Shown: positions 1-11,800 of the stretch, one piece after another | How the letters are laid out: each line of letters opens with the position of its first letter | How positions within the stretch are numbered: position 1 is the stretch's first letter | From: Anthoceros angustus | Lineage: Eukaryota; Plantae; Anthocerotophyta | Assembly (NCBI GenBank): GCA_010909165.1 | Contig: MU008172.1 | Location: 1,302,001-1,366,000 of the forward strand | Reading direction: 5' to 3' | DNA: 64,000 bases | Notes under the pieces: generated by a model | Told to the model about the DNA's origin: nothing | Databases searched by the model: none | The model's input: the letters and a program-made list of their open reading frames with translations, nothing else | Program-made: the position numbers and the translations under genes

Positions 1-1090
1 TGAGCGTGAAGTACGAATTCTCGGAGCATGGAATCATGCCGGATGGTTTGTCCAGGAAGGGCGGGCTGTTTTTCTCCATAAAGCCGCACCCTATTGCCTA
101 AGGGAAGGCATCCGTACAAACTTGGGCCGGACGAGATCCGACTGTCTCGGTTAAGGAGGTCGCCATGGAGGTGCAACAAGGCGAGGAGGAGAAGGCCCTA
201 GGGAGGTGGACACTATTCGCAGTGACCGTTAAGAAGATTTTGAATGCGGTTCGGTGGGCTACGATGCAAAAGGATGTGTGGAGTTCACCGGAGGTGTGAT
301 GCGTGTCGAGGGTTGCCCACGTTGTCGACACAATGGCCTCTTACCTACATCTTACCTAGCACCGCTCGAGAAGTGGGGAATCGATTTCAGACCAATCAAA
401 CCACCAACGCAATGGACGAGGAAGCGACATTTTGGTGGCTACGGATTATTGTAAAAGATGGTGGAGGTGAAGCAACGAGGAAGGACGACCTAGGAGGAGG
501 CGACGTAGTGCGCACAGGAGGAGATTAGAACGTGAGGGGCGTTCATGCCCGATATTTGTTGAGCGTGAAGTACGAATTCTCGGAGCATGGAATCATGCCG
601 GATGGTTTGTCCAGGAAGGGCGGGCTGTTTTTCTCCATAAAGCCGCACCCTATTGCCTAAGGGAAGGCATCCGTACAAACTTGGGCCGGACGAGATCCGA
701 CTGTCTCGGTTAAGGAGGTCGCCATGGAGGTGCAACAAGGCGAGGAGGAGAAGGCCCTAGGGAGGTGGACACTATTCGCAGTGACCGTTAAGAAGATTTT
801 GAATGCGGTTCGGTGGGCTACGATGCAAAAGGATGTGTGGAGTTCACCGGAGGTGTGATGCGTGTCGAGGGTTGGGCGGCCTCGTTGTCGACACAATGGC
901 CTCTTACCTACATCTTACCGTTAGCACCATTCGAGAAGTGGGGAATCGATTTCGTGGGCCAATCAAACCACCAACGCAATGGACAAGGAAACAGTACATT
1001 TTGGTGGCTACGGATTATTGCACAAAGATGGTGGAGGCGGACGAGGAAGGACGGCCTGCTGGCAAAATTTTTATTCGAGAACATCGCACG
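1..1090. repeat. Tandem duplication of ~559 bp inside the integrase
   Basis: tgagcgtgaagtacgaattctcggagcatgg occurs at 1 and 560, followed by near-identical sequence; the first copy has extra deletions. Confidence 0.9.
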
Positions 1091-1685
1091 GTGTCCTTTG
1101 GAGTTGGTTAGACCAGGGGACACATTTCCTCAACTCGTTGAGTCCCTAACCACCTATTTTCAACATTCGCATCGAAGACGACCCCTACAACCCCAAAGCG
1201 AATGGATTGACGGAGAAGACAAATGGGTTGCTGTGCACAATCCTCACCAAGGTAGATAACGCATGTATGATTGGGATGCTAAGTTGCATTCGACCATGGG
1301 CCGCGAGGAGGAGAAGGTAACCACCAAGAAGACCCCTTATTATCTAACGTATGGCATGTCACCTGTGATGCCCGTGGAATTTGAAGTACCTACCTACAGG
1401 ATCATGGAGGATGAACGCATGACTGTAGAGGATAGCCAGGTAGCTAGACTAGAATCGTTCATAGAGCAGGAGGAACGTAGGGAGGATGCTTTAGAGGAAA
1501 CCCAGCGGATTCAGGAACTCAGGAAGGACAGGCATGATGGGAGGTTGAGGAAGCAAGAGACTATCGTGGACGGGGATTTGGTTCTTCTATATGATAGTCG
1601 ATACCTAGACTTTCCAGGGAAGCTTAGGCTAAGATGGATGGGACCTTACGAGGTGGTCGCAGTATACGAGAATGGATCGTGGTAA
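1..1685 (+). mobile_element. Degraded Ty3/gypsy integrase (HHCC remnant, core, GPY/F domain); truncated at the window start and interrupted at ~1686
   Basis: Frameshifted translations give PFEKWGIDFVG, ILVATDYCTKMVEA, TPYYLTYGMSPVMPVEFEVPT and GDLVLLYDSR...KLRLRWMGPYEVVAVYENGS. Confidence 0.9.
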
Positions 1686-2028
1686 CCAGTATTGGGAAGC
1701 GGGCGCTCGGGGCGCACGGCTCAAGCGGTCGAGGCCGGCATCCGACCCGGGCGCGCGCGCGCGTACGAAACGGCCGAGGCCGGCGGTAGGGGTCGAGACC
1801 GTTCTAGGCCGCGGCGCCCGACGAGCCGCTCCCTCATGTAAGGGAGCGGCCCGGGCCGAGACGCGCCTACCACTCGACTTCGCATCGAGGCGAGCCGAGG
1901 TCGATCTTTAGAATTGTTGCCTTGTGCAACCACTTAAAAGTCTTTTTCTCTCTTTCACGCCACTTTCGCACTTCAGTTTTCACTTTCACTGCACGCTTGC
2001 CTTTTCACGCTTTTGGGATTTATCCTTT

Positions 2029-3674
2029 CTAACTTTCTTCTCGGGCGTTGAAGGGGTGTACACCGCGATTTCGGATCCGCCTGTCTTGAATAATACTTCT
2101 TTGTTCATTATACGGTCCAGATAGAAAGTTAATCATTTCGAAAATTTCGTCCAAACGGGAATATTTCTGCAGGCAATGGTAAATGTTAGATATCGTACAT
2201 ATTAAATTTCACCACTATAAATATGATATACTAACCTCAAATAGTGCAAACAACTCCTTTTGATTCTTCGATAACTACAAACAAAAAAAGCAGTTAATAT
2301 TTTACCTCCATCTCAAGTCGAAGAAGATCTTGCTCAGTAAATACCTTTCTCACTAATGTGAGGCAATGGCTGTGAAGATTTCCCACACTACGGAAATGTG
2401 ATTGGACGTTCTGCAAAGAAGTATCAACGTTAGAATTTGCATATTTGGTAAATACGAATATCAATATTTTCCTTGTTTACATAAATAAATTGTTACGAAC
2501 TAACCTTTTGAATGTTTTTGTAGTTTCGGATCTTCCATCGAGTCAACAAGTCCGTGGTTTTAGCTCCTTATTTTCAATGGTCGATATTTCTACATTACCA
2601 AAACTCAAATTTCATTAGTACTACATAAACCGATTCAAGAACTATACTAAGAATAATATAAACCGATAACACTTACTTTTTGGATCTCCATGTCGCTCTA
2701 GGGTTGTCGACCCATCTTCATTCATTTCATTGGCTGGATCTTTGAGGCTATGTTCCCAAATGGGAACATATCTATTTTAAAATCTTGGAAGACTTGTGGA
2801 TACGAAAGTTATCCATCCATTTTCCAAAATCGCAAATTCTTCGATGGTCCATACGTTGGTGCATTATCTCTTCTTTTTCCTCTTTTGTCCTTTGAAAACA
2901 AGATTGTAAGTTATATACTACTTACAAATATACTAATTATTAATTACAAACATACAACAGCAATTACGATGAAAGATGTGTTGTTGATTTTGTCATCCAT
3001 TGCTTCAATTTTCTCCTTAATTTCCTTAGTCAGAACTTGTTCAAGAGACAGAACAAGGACATTAGTATTTATTACTGTAAACAAATACATATAATCGAGT
3101 TTAGTTGTTTACCTCCAAAATCGATCGAATTGAGATCTTGTCCATTAAACCTCCCACTGAGTCATTGTTTCCAACTCTAATTGAGCCGTTGTTCGGAGAT
3201 TCTTCTTAATATCCTGTAACCATATACAACTAAAGTGAGTTGCGATACCCCCCTGAAAGTTGCGAACCAAGTCTTTACCTTTTTAATTTTTTCCTTAGCA
3301 CCGCAAAGGAGCTGCAAGTCCTTTTGTCCATTGATGTGAACATAGTGTGCTCAGTACTTGTATCAAAGATATCGAGTTAGAAATGTTCATGGAGATTCAA
3401 TTCGAGATTAATTGAAATGTATTACCTTTCTCAACTATCTTCGTATCTCAATGAGAGGATTTGAACTTCACCATCATATCCTGGATCCCCATGGGTGGGA
3501 ACATTGTTGTTTGATCGCCATGTTAAGGTTTGTTGGTCTTTACTATTGTCGCCACTGAAAAAGTCATTTTAGCCATGGATTCATCAACCAAAAATGGATT
3601 TGGCTGAGGCGTAAATGATCATTACCTTCTTGGATGTCGACCATTTCATCGTTGCTCTCATTCTCGGATGCCAT
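2029..3674 (-). CDS. 10-exon gene of unknown function (gene A); a few frameshifts or stops in this sequence
   Basis: Hand-spliced exons 3674-3626, 3554-3426, 3311-3279, 3213-3113, 3074-2968, 2889-2677, 2589-2505, 2410-2306, 2274-2236, 2166-2029, all joined by GT...AG introns. Starts MASENESNDEMVDIQE. The last three exons splice in frame: NVQSHFRSVGNLHSHCLTLVRKVFTEQDLLRLEME|LSKNQKELFALFE|KYSRLDEIFEMINFLSGPY...REES*. Confidence 0.7.
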
Positions 3675-3797
3675 TCGCAATAAAAGCAATCCGTGCCAAT
3701 GAATAACTTGAACTTTTGAAAATGCACGAGGCTGCAGCCATCACGCGCAGTTGTCTTGCTGGTGCGCATGTTGTCCGCATGCGCGTACTTTCAGCTG

Positions 3798-5470
3798 ATA
3801 AAATATACTACGGCAACACAAAGATCGGATATGACTTACGCTAAATGGTTTCGCGCCTCTAAGATATTCGGACATGCAATTTCATTCGAATAGTTAGGAA
3901 AAACAGAAATAAAATATGATTATGGACTTTTGAACCGTCGAGTGATCCAATATCAAGAAAGCGCCCGATGCATGCCACGCTTAACGCGCAGGCGGCATGC
4001 CTATAAATACCTCGCATAAAGTTGACTCGACGTTGTCACGACGCGATGTTGACTCAAACATTGTTGAATGACCACGCCGACTCTAGCTACATTTTGAACC
4101 CGAGGTTTAAAGACAATCGTATGCCTAAGGAAAGGATTTCATTGCATGCGATGCAATTTATAGGTTGAGACGAGCGGTTAGCCTCTCTTGCATGCAGTGG
4201 TGCATACGCGCGCGCTGAGTCACTCAACGGGTTACGTCCGGATGATTAACCGAGATTAAGCGAGAATAAAGAGAGTTAAGCGAGAAAAGCGGATCGAGAA
4301 CTATCAAGACTTGTTAGCGCATCGGTCGAGTAGCGCGACTTTCAGATAAAATATACTACGGCAACACAAAGATCGGATATGACTTACGCTAAATGGTTTC
4401 GCGCCTCTAAGATATTCGGACATGCAATTTCATTCGAATAGTTAGGAAAAACAGAAATAAAATATGATTATGGACTTTTGAACCGTCGAGTGATCCAATA
4501 TCAAGAAAGCGCCCGATGCATGCCACGCTTAACGCGCAGGCGGCATGCCTATAAATACCTCGCATAAAGTTGACTCGACGTTGTCACGACGCGATGTTGA
4601 CTCAAACATTGTTGAATGACCACGCCGACTCTAGCTACATTTTGAACCCGAGGTTTAAAGACAATCGTATGCCTAAGGAAAGGATTTCATTGCATGCGAT
4701 GCAATTTATAGGTTGAGACGAGCGGTTAGCCTCTCTTGCATGCAGTGGTGCATACGCGCGCGCTGAGTCACTCAACGGGTTACGTCCGGATGATTAACCG
4801 AGATTAAGCGAGAATAAAGAGAGTTAAGCGAGAAAAGCGGATCGAGAACTATCAAGACTTGTTAGCGCATCGGTCGAGTAGCGCGACTTTCAGATAAAAT
4901 ATACTACGGCAACACAAAGATCGGATATGACTTACGCTCAAACCGGTTTTGCATGCCTCTAAGATATTCGGACATGCAATTTCGCCCAACGAATAGTTAG
5001 GAAAAACACGGTTAGAAATAAAATATGATTATGGACTTTTGAACTTCGCCGAGTGATCCAATATCAAAGTCGCTGGCCGATGCATGCCACCGCAACGCGC
5101 ATGTTGCGGCATGCCTATAAATACCTCGCATAAAGTTGACTCGACAAGTTGTTGAGACGATGTTGACTCAAACATTGTTGAATGACCAATCGACTCTAGC
5201 TACATTTTGAACCCGAGGTTTAAGACAATCGTATGCCTAAGGAAAGGATCATTTGCATGCGATCGAAATTTATAGGTTGAGAGCAGGCGCAGTAGCCTCT
5301 GATGCGTGTGGCTGCACACGGGCGATGGAGTCACTCTTGAACGGTTACGTCCGGATGATTAACCGAGATTAAGCGAGAATAAAGAGATGGTAAAACGCCA
5401 AGCGATCGAGAACTATCAAGACTTGTTAGCTTTGGGGTCGAGAAGCGACTTTGAAAACGGAAACGAATCA
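3798..5470. repeat. Three tandem copies of a 548-bp unit
   Basis: ataaaatatactacggcaacacaaagatcgg at 3798, 4346 and 4894 (exact 548 period). Copies 1 and 2 are essentially identical; copy 3 has extra bases. Confidence 0.95.
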
Positions 5471-5548
5471 GAAAGATAAGTTCGCTAATTAGGCTTACTG
5501 CTCCCCGATGTCTTCTTGCGTGGACTAAGGGCCGTGTGTAGAGGAGTC

Positions 5549-6030
5549 TCAGGTTTTCTGCAGCAACATTCAAGGTAAGAAAGATGCTTGCAAGCAAACT
5601 TACAGCGATAAGGCTATTCACAAGCAAAGACTGAGGCAAGAGTGCGCGAGACCGAAGCGAGGCGCAAAAAGAATAAAAGACGCCGACGTAAGAGTGTTTG
5701 TCGTCGTCCACGGAGGACGCCAAGGCGAGACCTCTTTGTCTCCTTGGCGCTGGTGAGCGGCTGGCAGACCGTGAGTGGAAACCGTCGCCGAGCGGGAAAA
5801 TCGGGCACACTAAGTTCTTGCACGAGCCCAACTCTTCCGCCAAGTTCGGAACCTTCCAGTGGTATCCTGCAGATGTCAACAAAACATGAGCATAGGCACA
5901 AAGGCAAAGACGACAAACAATTTCAAAGGCAAACAAACTCACCGGCCAAGTTTTCAATTTCAATCGCCGCCTTCAAACGTGTTTTCACCTCCGAGGGCCA
6001 CCACCGATGATGAGGTATGTATTTGTACGC
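5549..6030 (-). CDS. Spliced gene of unknown function (gene B); 5' exon unresolved
   Basis: Exons 6030-5943, 5866-5688 and 5630-5604 join in frame across GT-AG introns: AYKYIPHHRWWPSEVKTRLKAAIEIENLA|GYHWKVPNLAEELGSCKNLVCPIFPLGDG...DDDKHSY|SLLVNSLIA. A further acceptor at 5558 gives a stop at 5549 as written. Confidence 0.55.
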
Positions 6031-6359
6031 CTGAACCAAGGCGAAAGCCACCGGGAGTGTGTTTGATCCGGGCGGACGTCGGGAGAAGGCAAACAAACTC
6101 GCTATTCACTACGAGAAAGGAAGAAAAGGGCGCGTGGTGGGCGGTAGGGCGAGGAACAACCTTGCCGCGAGGTGAGCAATGGACGAGAGAAAGGAGGCAC
6201 TGTCATGCAGGGCGGTAGGGCGAGGTAGGAGCGAACCAGCAGCTGAGCGATGGAACACCAAGAGGACAGCGGGCTGGGCCGAGCGAGTGACGGCCATGGA
6301 AGAAGGTAGAAGGGGGGAGCCTAACGCGCGTGGTGGGCGGTAAAGTAAGTCCGAGGCGT

Positions 6360-6635
6360 GAGTGCTCCTTAAATAGACTTGAATTAGGGTTCGATGCTTA
6401 AGAGCTTGCGGCGGGTTCATTGGCGAGGTTTCGCGCCGCTAAGATTGGAACAAGGTTAGGTGTTGCATGGCTAGGTTTGGAACAAGGTGACTAGGTTCGG
6501 TTGAGGAGGCGCGGCGAATGGCGATCCTAGGTTGGTTTGGTGTCCCTAGAGAGTAGGTTTGGTATTTTCAAATTCGGTGAGAGAGAGTGGCTGACAGAGT
6601 GAGAAGGGTTAGGGTTTGGTGGCCTATATAAACGG
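6360..6635. promoter_or_regulatory. Candidate bidirectional promoter between gene B and the YR gene
   Basis: TATATAAA at 6625-6632 (+) preceded by a telo-box-like GGGTTAGGGTTT; TATTTAA at ~6369-6375 on the minus strand preceded by AACCCTAAT (6383-6391, -). Confidence 0.4.
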
Positions 6636-8845
6636 GTTCACGGACCTCTTTGGTCTTTTTGGTGCTGGGGCTTGGGACCTTCCAGGCTTTCTCCTTCGCC
6701 GCCTCTGCCTCCCTCTACTCCCTCTTTTCTATGTCCCTACGCACACGCTTGACGTCCGATTTCAAGGTTGTTTCGCCAAGTTTCATTCAGCTTTTGTCCG
6801 AGGCCAAGGCGTTGGTTTCTCACTTGTTGCGGTCCGGGCCAAGGTGCTCGCGCCAAGGCGCTTTTGTAAGGTCCAGCCTCCTAGCCCCCTGTTTTTAGTT
6901 GCCTAGCTCTTAGCGTTTCTTTGCGCCTGCCTTGTGGTGTTGCATCATGTCGGGTGATTCTGTTTCGTCTTGTTAGCTTGCCCGGACTGTCTTCTGTAGT
7001 TGGTCAGAGTCCGTTTCCAAGGTTTGATGTGCTTTCGACGGCCGAGGAGTTCTGGTTTCGTTGTTCCTTCGTGGTTTCCTTATGTTTTACGCTTTATGCT
7101 TTCTGGTCCGAAGGCCAAGGTCTTCTTTGTTATTCAAGGTTTCTTTCATTGTTGTTTTGTTCGAGGTCCAAGGGTTTTGCGTTGTCAGTTGTTGCTGTCC
7201 GAAGGCCAAGGTGTCTTGTCGTAACCTCTCATGCGTTTCTGACTATAGTTGTTTTAGCACTCGTTTGTTCTCACTTGCCTCCCACCGCTTGTCCGGCGTG
7301 CGTTTTTTGTGTGCTGCGTGTCTGCTCGTGTTCTCATCTTGTTATTTATGTTTGTACCTCATCATCACTTCCACGCCAGCCGACGGTGAGGCCGCTTTGT
7401 GTGCGCTTGTGAATATGTTATTTTTGCGCCTTGAGCTTTTCTTTTGTGGTATTTGGCCTCACATGTTAATGTGTTGTCCGCTTGTTCACAGCGTTATTCA
7501 CGCTCAAGAGCACGAAGTGCCTTGATGATGTGTAATGTCTTGTCGTGTTTGTCTTGTGTTTTCATCATCTCTGCATTTTCTATATATGCTATGTCGTTTT
7601 AAATGGATCATTTTGTTTCGCTTGGTGTTTATCTCTGTTTAGCTCACGTGTCTGTTGGTGTTTATCACCGACTAGTGTCTTCGTGACGTGTGTTATCTTA
7701 TACTCTCATTGTTGTGTTCTTCTTTGTGAAGTATAAACATTGTCTATCTCGGATACGAAGGCATCGAGCGTGCGTTACGACTTGATTGTTTCTTGACTTT
7801 TGTACATTAGCTCGTCTCTCAAAGTGTTGCGTCCTTAACTCGGTTGTGTTTACGTTATTTATGCTCTTATTTTTCAGTAAGAGCTTGCTTGTTCCATGCA
7901 TCGCGCCTTTGGGCAAAACATTTTAAAGGTATTTGTCTTTTCGATTGTTGTTCACATGTGCGGACAATTATTTGTGGTCTCATGAGTTATCGCTTGCTTT
8001 CTCGCCTTGATGTGTGCGCCATCGCTTGTCCGCGATGGAAGGTAGATCACTTTTGATCTTTTGCTTACCGCTGTCTTTGCTTATCGATGTGCGTGACGCT
8101 TGTTAGTCACCTGTTGTTTCTAATTTGATGTGTGTTTAGTTTAGTGTTTTATGTCGACTTTTGTTCTTGTTGATTGCATCATGTGCTCGTGGTTTGTCTT
8201 TTTGGTCATGGTTGGTGTTGCGGTCCAATGTGGTTCTTGCGCTATGTTAGTTTCATCGATGGTTTGTTGTTAACTCTTGCCTTTTGTGCATCACCCACGA
8301 GAAAATTCTTAGGGTGAATTCGTGGATTTTAGTAAGAGATGTTTACCCTTGCCTTTTGTTTTTTGTCTTGTTGTTCTTGCATAATCAAAATATCCGCACC
8401 TCACTAAATCGTTTCATGTAGGCGAAATTTGTCATCGTGTGAAGGGTCGCTCTTCCAACATTCTAAGTCTGTGGGTATCGTGATAACTATTTGCCCGAGT
8501 TTCTGGTGTTTTCTTCAGTGTTGACCGAGGCTCAAGTTGTGTGTGTCTTTTGTCATCAATATTATTGGCAAAAGAGTGTTTGTGAAGTATGTGGGTTTGT
8601 TAAAAATGGAAGTTTCGTTCTCTAACTTAAAATGGAGGGATCAAAATCTAACGTGTATAGATCAAAGGATGTGTCTCGCAATATCTCCCATGCCTCTTCT
8701 TTTCGATTGTGGTATAATCAACTTTTAGACCCTTCAGAGTTCTCATTTGAAAGCATTCACCTCCATGTAAGTCTTTTCATATTGGTTTGCAAGTTCATTA
8801 ACTTTTCAAATGTTTTTGTGTTTTGATCACATGCTTTTCTTTGCG

Positions 8846-11800
8846 ATGGCACCCAAAAGGAAACCCACTGCTTGGACCGGAAAGAAGCAAGGGTCCTGTC
8901 AAGTCATGGCTAAGCCGCACACTAGGGTGTCACCGCCCTCCACATCGCAACTCATCCACCGCAGGATGATGGTAAAGTTGATGGTGTCTTGGTGCAGTGA
9001 AGGAACATATTTAGTTCCAAAAAGGCATTCCTAAACCGCCAAGGCACTTCTCATCCAAGAAGGATGCTCGACGTGAAGTTTGTAAGAGAAGAAGGGTTGA
9101 CACTCGACTGTGGCATTGGTTGAAGGTCCTCTTGGAGATTACTAACTATGTCCCGTTGTCTCGAGAGAGGGTCCGGTTGTGGGGGAGAATGATTTCTTGA
9201 TAACGACGATCCCATGGTTGTGAGGCCGCCAAAGCCTCGAGTCTAGAGATTTGTGTGGTTGAACTTTTACTGGTGGCGCTTTCCATGCTTTGGTTCCCGA
9301 CCGAGTCATCCCCGATCAAGAAGTGCTCGATATGTTTGAGAGGCTAAAGTGTGCCGGTCCCAAGATGACTTTGCCATGGGTATGGAGGAAATTGATGATG
9401 AAGAAATTTTCGAGAGCGTGATTTGACCGTCCCCGTGAGGGAGCTGTGAATGATGCTTTGAGTGGTGGGGAGGATAGGTCAAACGCGTAATAACCGTGTC
9501 AAGTCGCCCTGTGGCCTTTATGAAAGTGAGTGGGGTCGGATGGGATACTGCTTGAGGATATTCCTTACAAGGATCTAAATCTTATTCGATACCCTTTTTC
9601 CATCAAGTTCGAATCAAGGACAACAGGAGATTTTCTCGTAAACGTAAGTAGTGATGTTTTCTTACTTGTTGATTTTGATAGTTCGACTTTCCTTCACATG
9701 ACCGATTCCGATCTTCACTTGTGCGGTGATGTCTTTCTTTCGTGGTTTAACCGGATTTTAACAAGGAAGTGCATCCCAACCAAAGCCGCTTGGTTCGATG
9801 TTCCTGATCAACTTGTTTCATGGAATTTTCCATGGCCTGTCAATGGTTGCGTCCATGAAAATCAAAGGACCTTGGGATTGTGTCATGTCGAAAAGAGGTG
9901 AAGTTGATTTCTGATGATGATGAGCGACTGATTCTTTCACACAGAGATCATCAATGCTCATTTGGGCGGGGGGCTCTGAAAAGGTAATATTGTTGGTTTT
10001 GGGGGTGCACTTTGATTGTTCATTTATGGTCTCTTAAACCTGGAGCCCTTATGCTTATATTGTTTGCAGGTGTGCATATTTTTGCATGACCAGGTTTGGA
10101 GTTCGAGGTGGTGAAGAGTTACATAACCTGCTCATTAGGGACTTCTCATTTGCATCGATTCAAAAGGACCTTTTGTTCAAGAGGGTGTAGTCTTTTGTTC
10201 TTGTTTGTTTGATGTTTTGATGTATCAGATTGAGCTCGTCTTCATTTGCGTGTATGAAGAACGATTCAAAAATTACAAAGTGGATATGAAGAACTACGAG
10301 TGAGCATTTCAAAAGGTCAAGATCTATGAAAAGGACGTCATCGAAACCTTTAAAGCTGTTATTGATCACTCTCCCAAGTGGTCTGCACATGACAAGAATT
10401 TGTCAATTCAGGGGTTTCTCTTCAATTCAACCATTGATAACCCAAGATCCAATGTAAGTTTTTGGTTTATTGGGCTTGAGTTTTGTGGTTTGTATTTACT
10501 AACTGTTTGTTTTTTGTTCAGGCTTGGTATGCAAAACTTCGTGTTTCAAAAGGAATGTTGTCAAGATTTATGAAGACCATGGTGAAGTAGCTGGGCTTGT
10601 TGGCTACTACACCAATAAGAGCTGCCGTGTAACGATGATTACACGTTTGACGATGGCTCAGGTGCCCTCTGATGCTGGGAGAAGTGTGACTGGCCATAAA
10701 ACGGATGCTGGATTTTCAAGGTAATATGTTGTGAAAGCTTGTGACATTTGAGTCTTTGTATGCTCGTCCTAACGTTCTCATATGTTTTGCAGATATGACC
10801 GTTCTGGTCAAGCAAAACAGGCAGCTGCTGCAAGAGTTCTTGTTCCTGGTGAACGACGATCTTATCAGGAGCTTTTAAATGAAGAACTCAATCGGATGCA
10901 GGATGATTTAAGGGGTGTTCTTCCGTCAACAGTGTTGAATGTAACTCCTGAAATAGTATTTTCGAGTCAGCCTGAAGATCAGCGTCCCTTGCAAGTGCAA
11001 CACGTTAGTAATGTAAGTGTTTGAGATTTGTATCAAGTATGTAGGGACTTGTGTCAAAATCGTGTCGACTTGTTTGATGTGTCTCTCGTGGCTACCTCGT
11101 TATTCATCATGAAAGGCACGAACAATGTTGGACCGAATCGAGTTTTTCCGCACCATGTGGTCCACGTGTCTTGAAGTTCGTTGGTATTGTGAAGTTGCTT
11201 TGTTGTAGTCCGCCATGTTAGTTTTTTTTAATCATACTGGTTCTTGTTTTTATTGGCAGGCACCTTCTGAAAGCTGTTGCCAAGGCATCCAGATGGACAC
11301 TAGCAGACCAACGACAGGGTGTTCTACTGAAATTCCATATGTTGACAAGGTTGATTCTTTGGCTGTTTGTTGTTTTCATTCATTTTGGAGTTTCCTGATT
11401 GTGTTCTTCTTGGCAGATTGTGAATCCTTCGACTAGTTTAAGCTTACGTCCCTCATTTCAACATTGACACGAGGGAAGTGGATGCGCCCTCCGTTGGAGG
11501 GCATTGCAGTGAGTGTGATCCATCCGAAGTTAACCAGACAGTGTGGCCGTGGTAGCACCTCGATATATTGCACGGATCGCAAATGGAAATGTAAGTGGCT
11601 TTGAGCGCTTGCCGATCTCCCGAGAACGGAATTGGAGAATGACAAATTGAAACAGAAATGGAGTTCGTGCAAAAGGATTTGGAGGCACTTATAGAGAGAC
11701 AGAGGCGCGTTGAATTACGAGTCTCTAAGCAAAGAGAGAAAGCCCTTGAGATTCGTGAGGCGAGAAATGCGGAGAGGAGACAAGAGCATATTAAGCATCA

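Noticed and set aside
2750-3094. 114-aa plus-strand ORF
   Set aside because: Antisense to gene A exons and introns.
5331-5963. 210-aa unspliced ORF
   Set aside because: Reads through apparent introns of gene B; only the exon parts look coding.
6616-8056. Hydrophobic Cys/Phe/Val-rich ORFs
   Set aside because: Expected from T/G-rich leader or intron sequence; overlapping frames with no motif.
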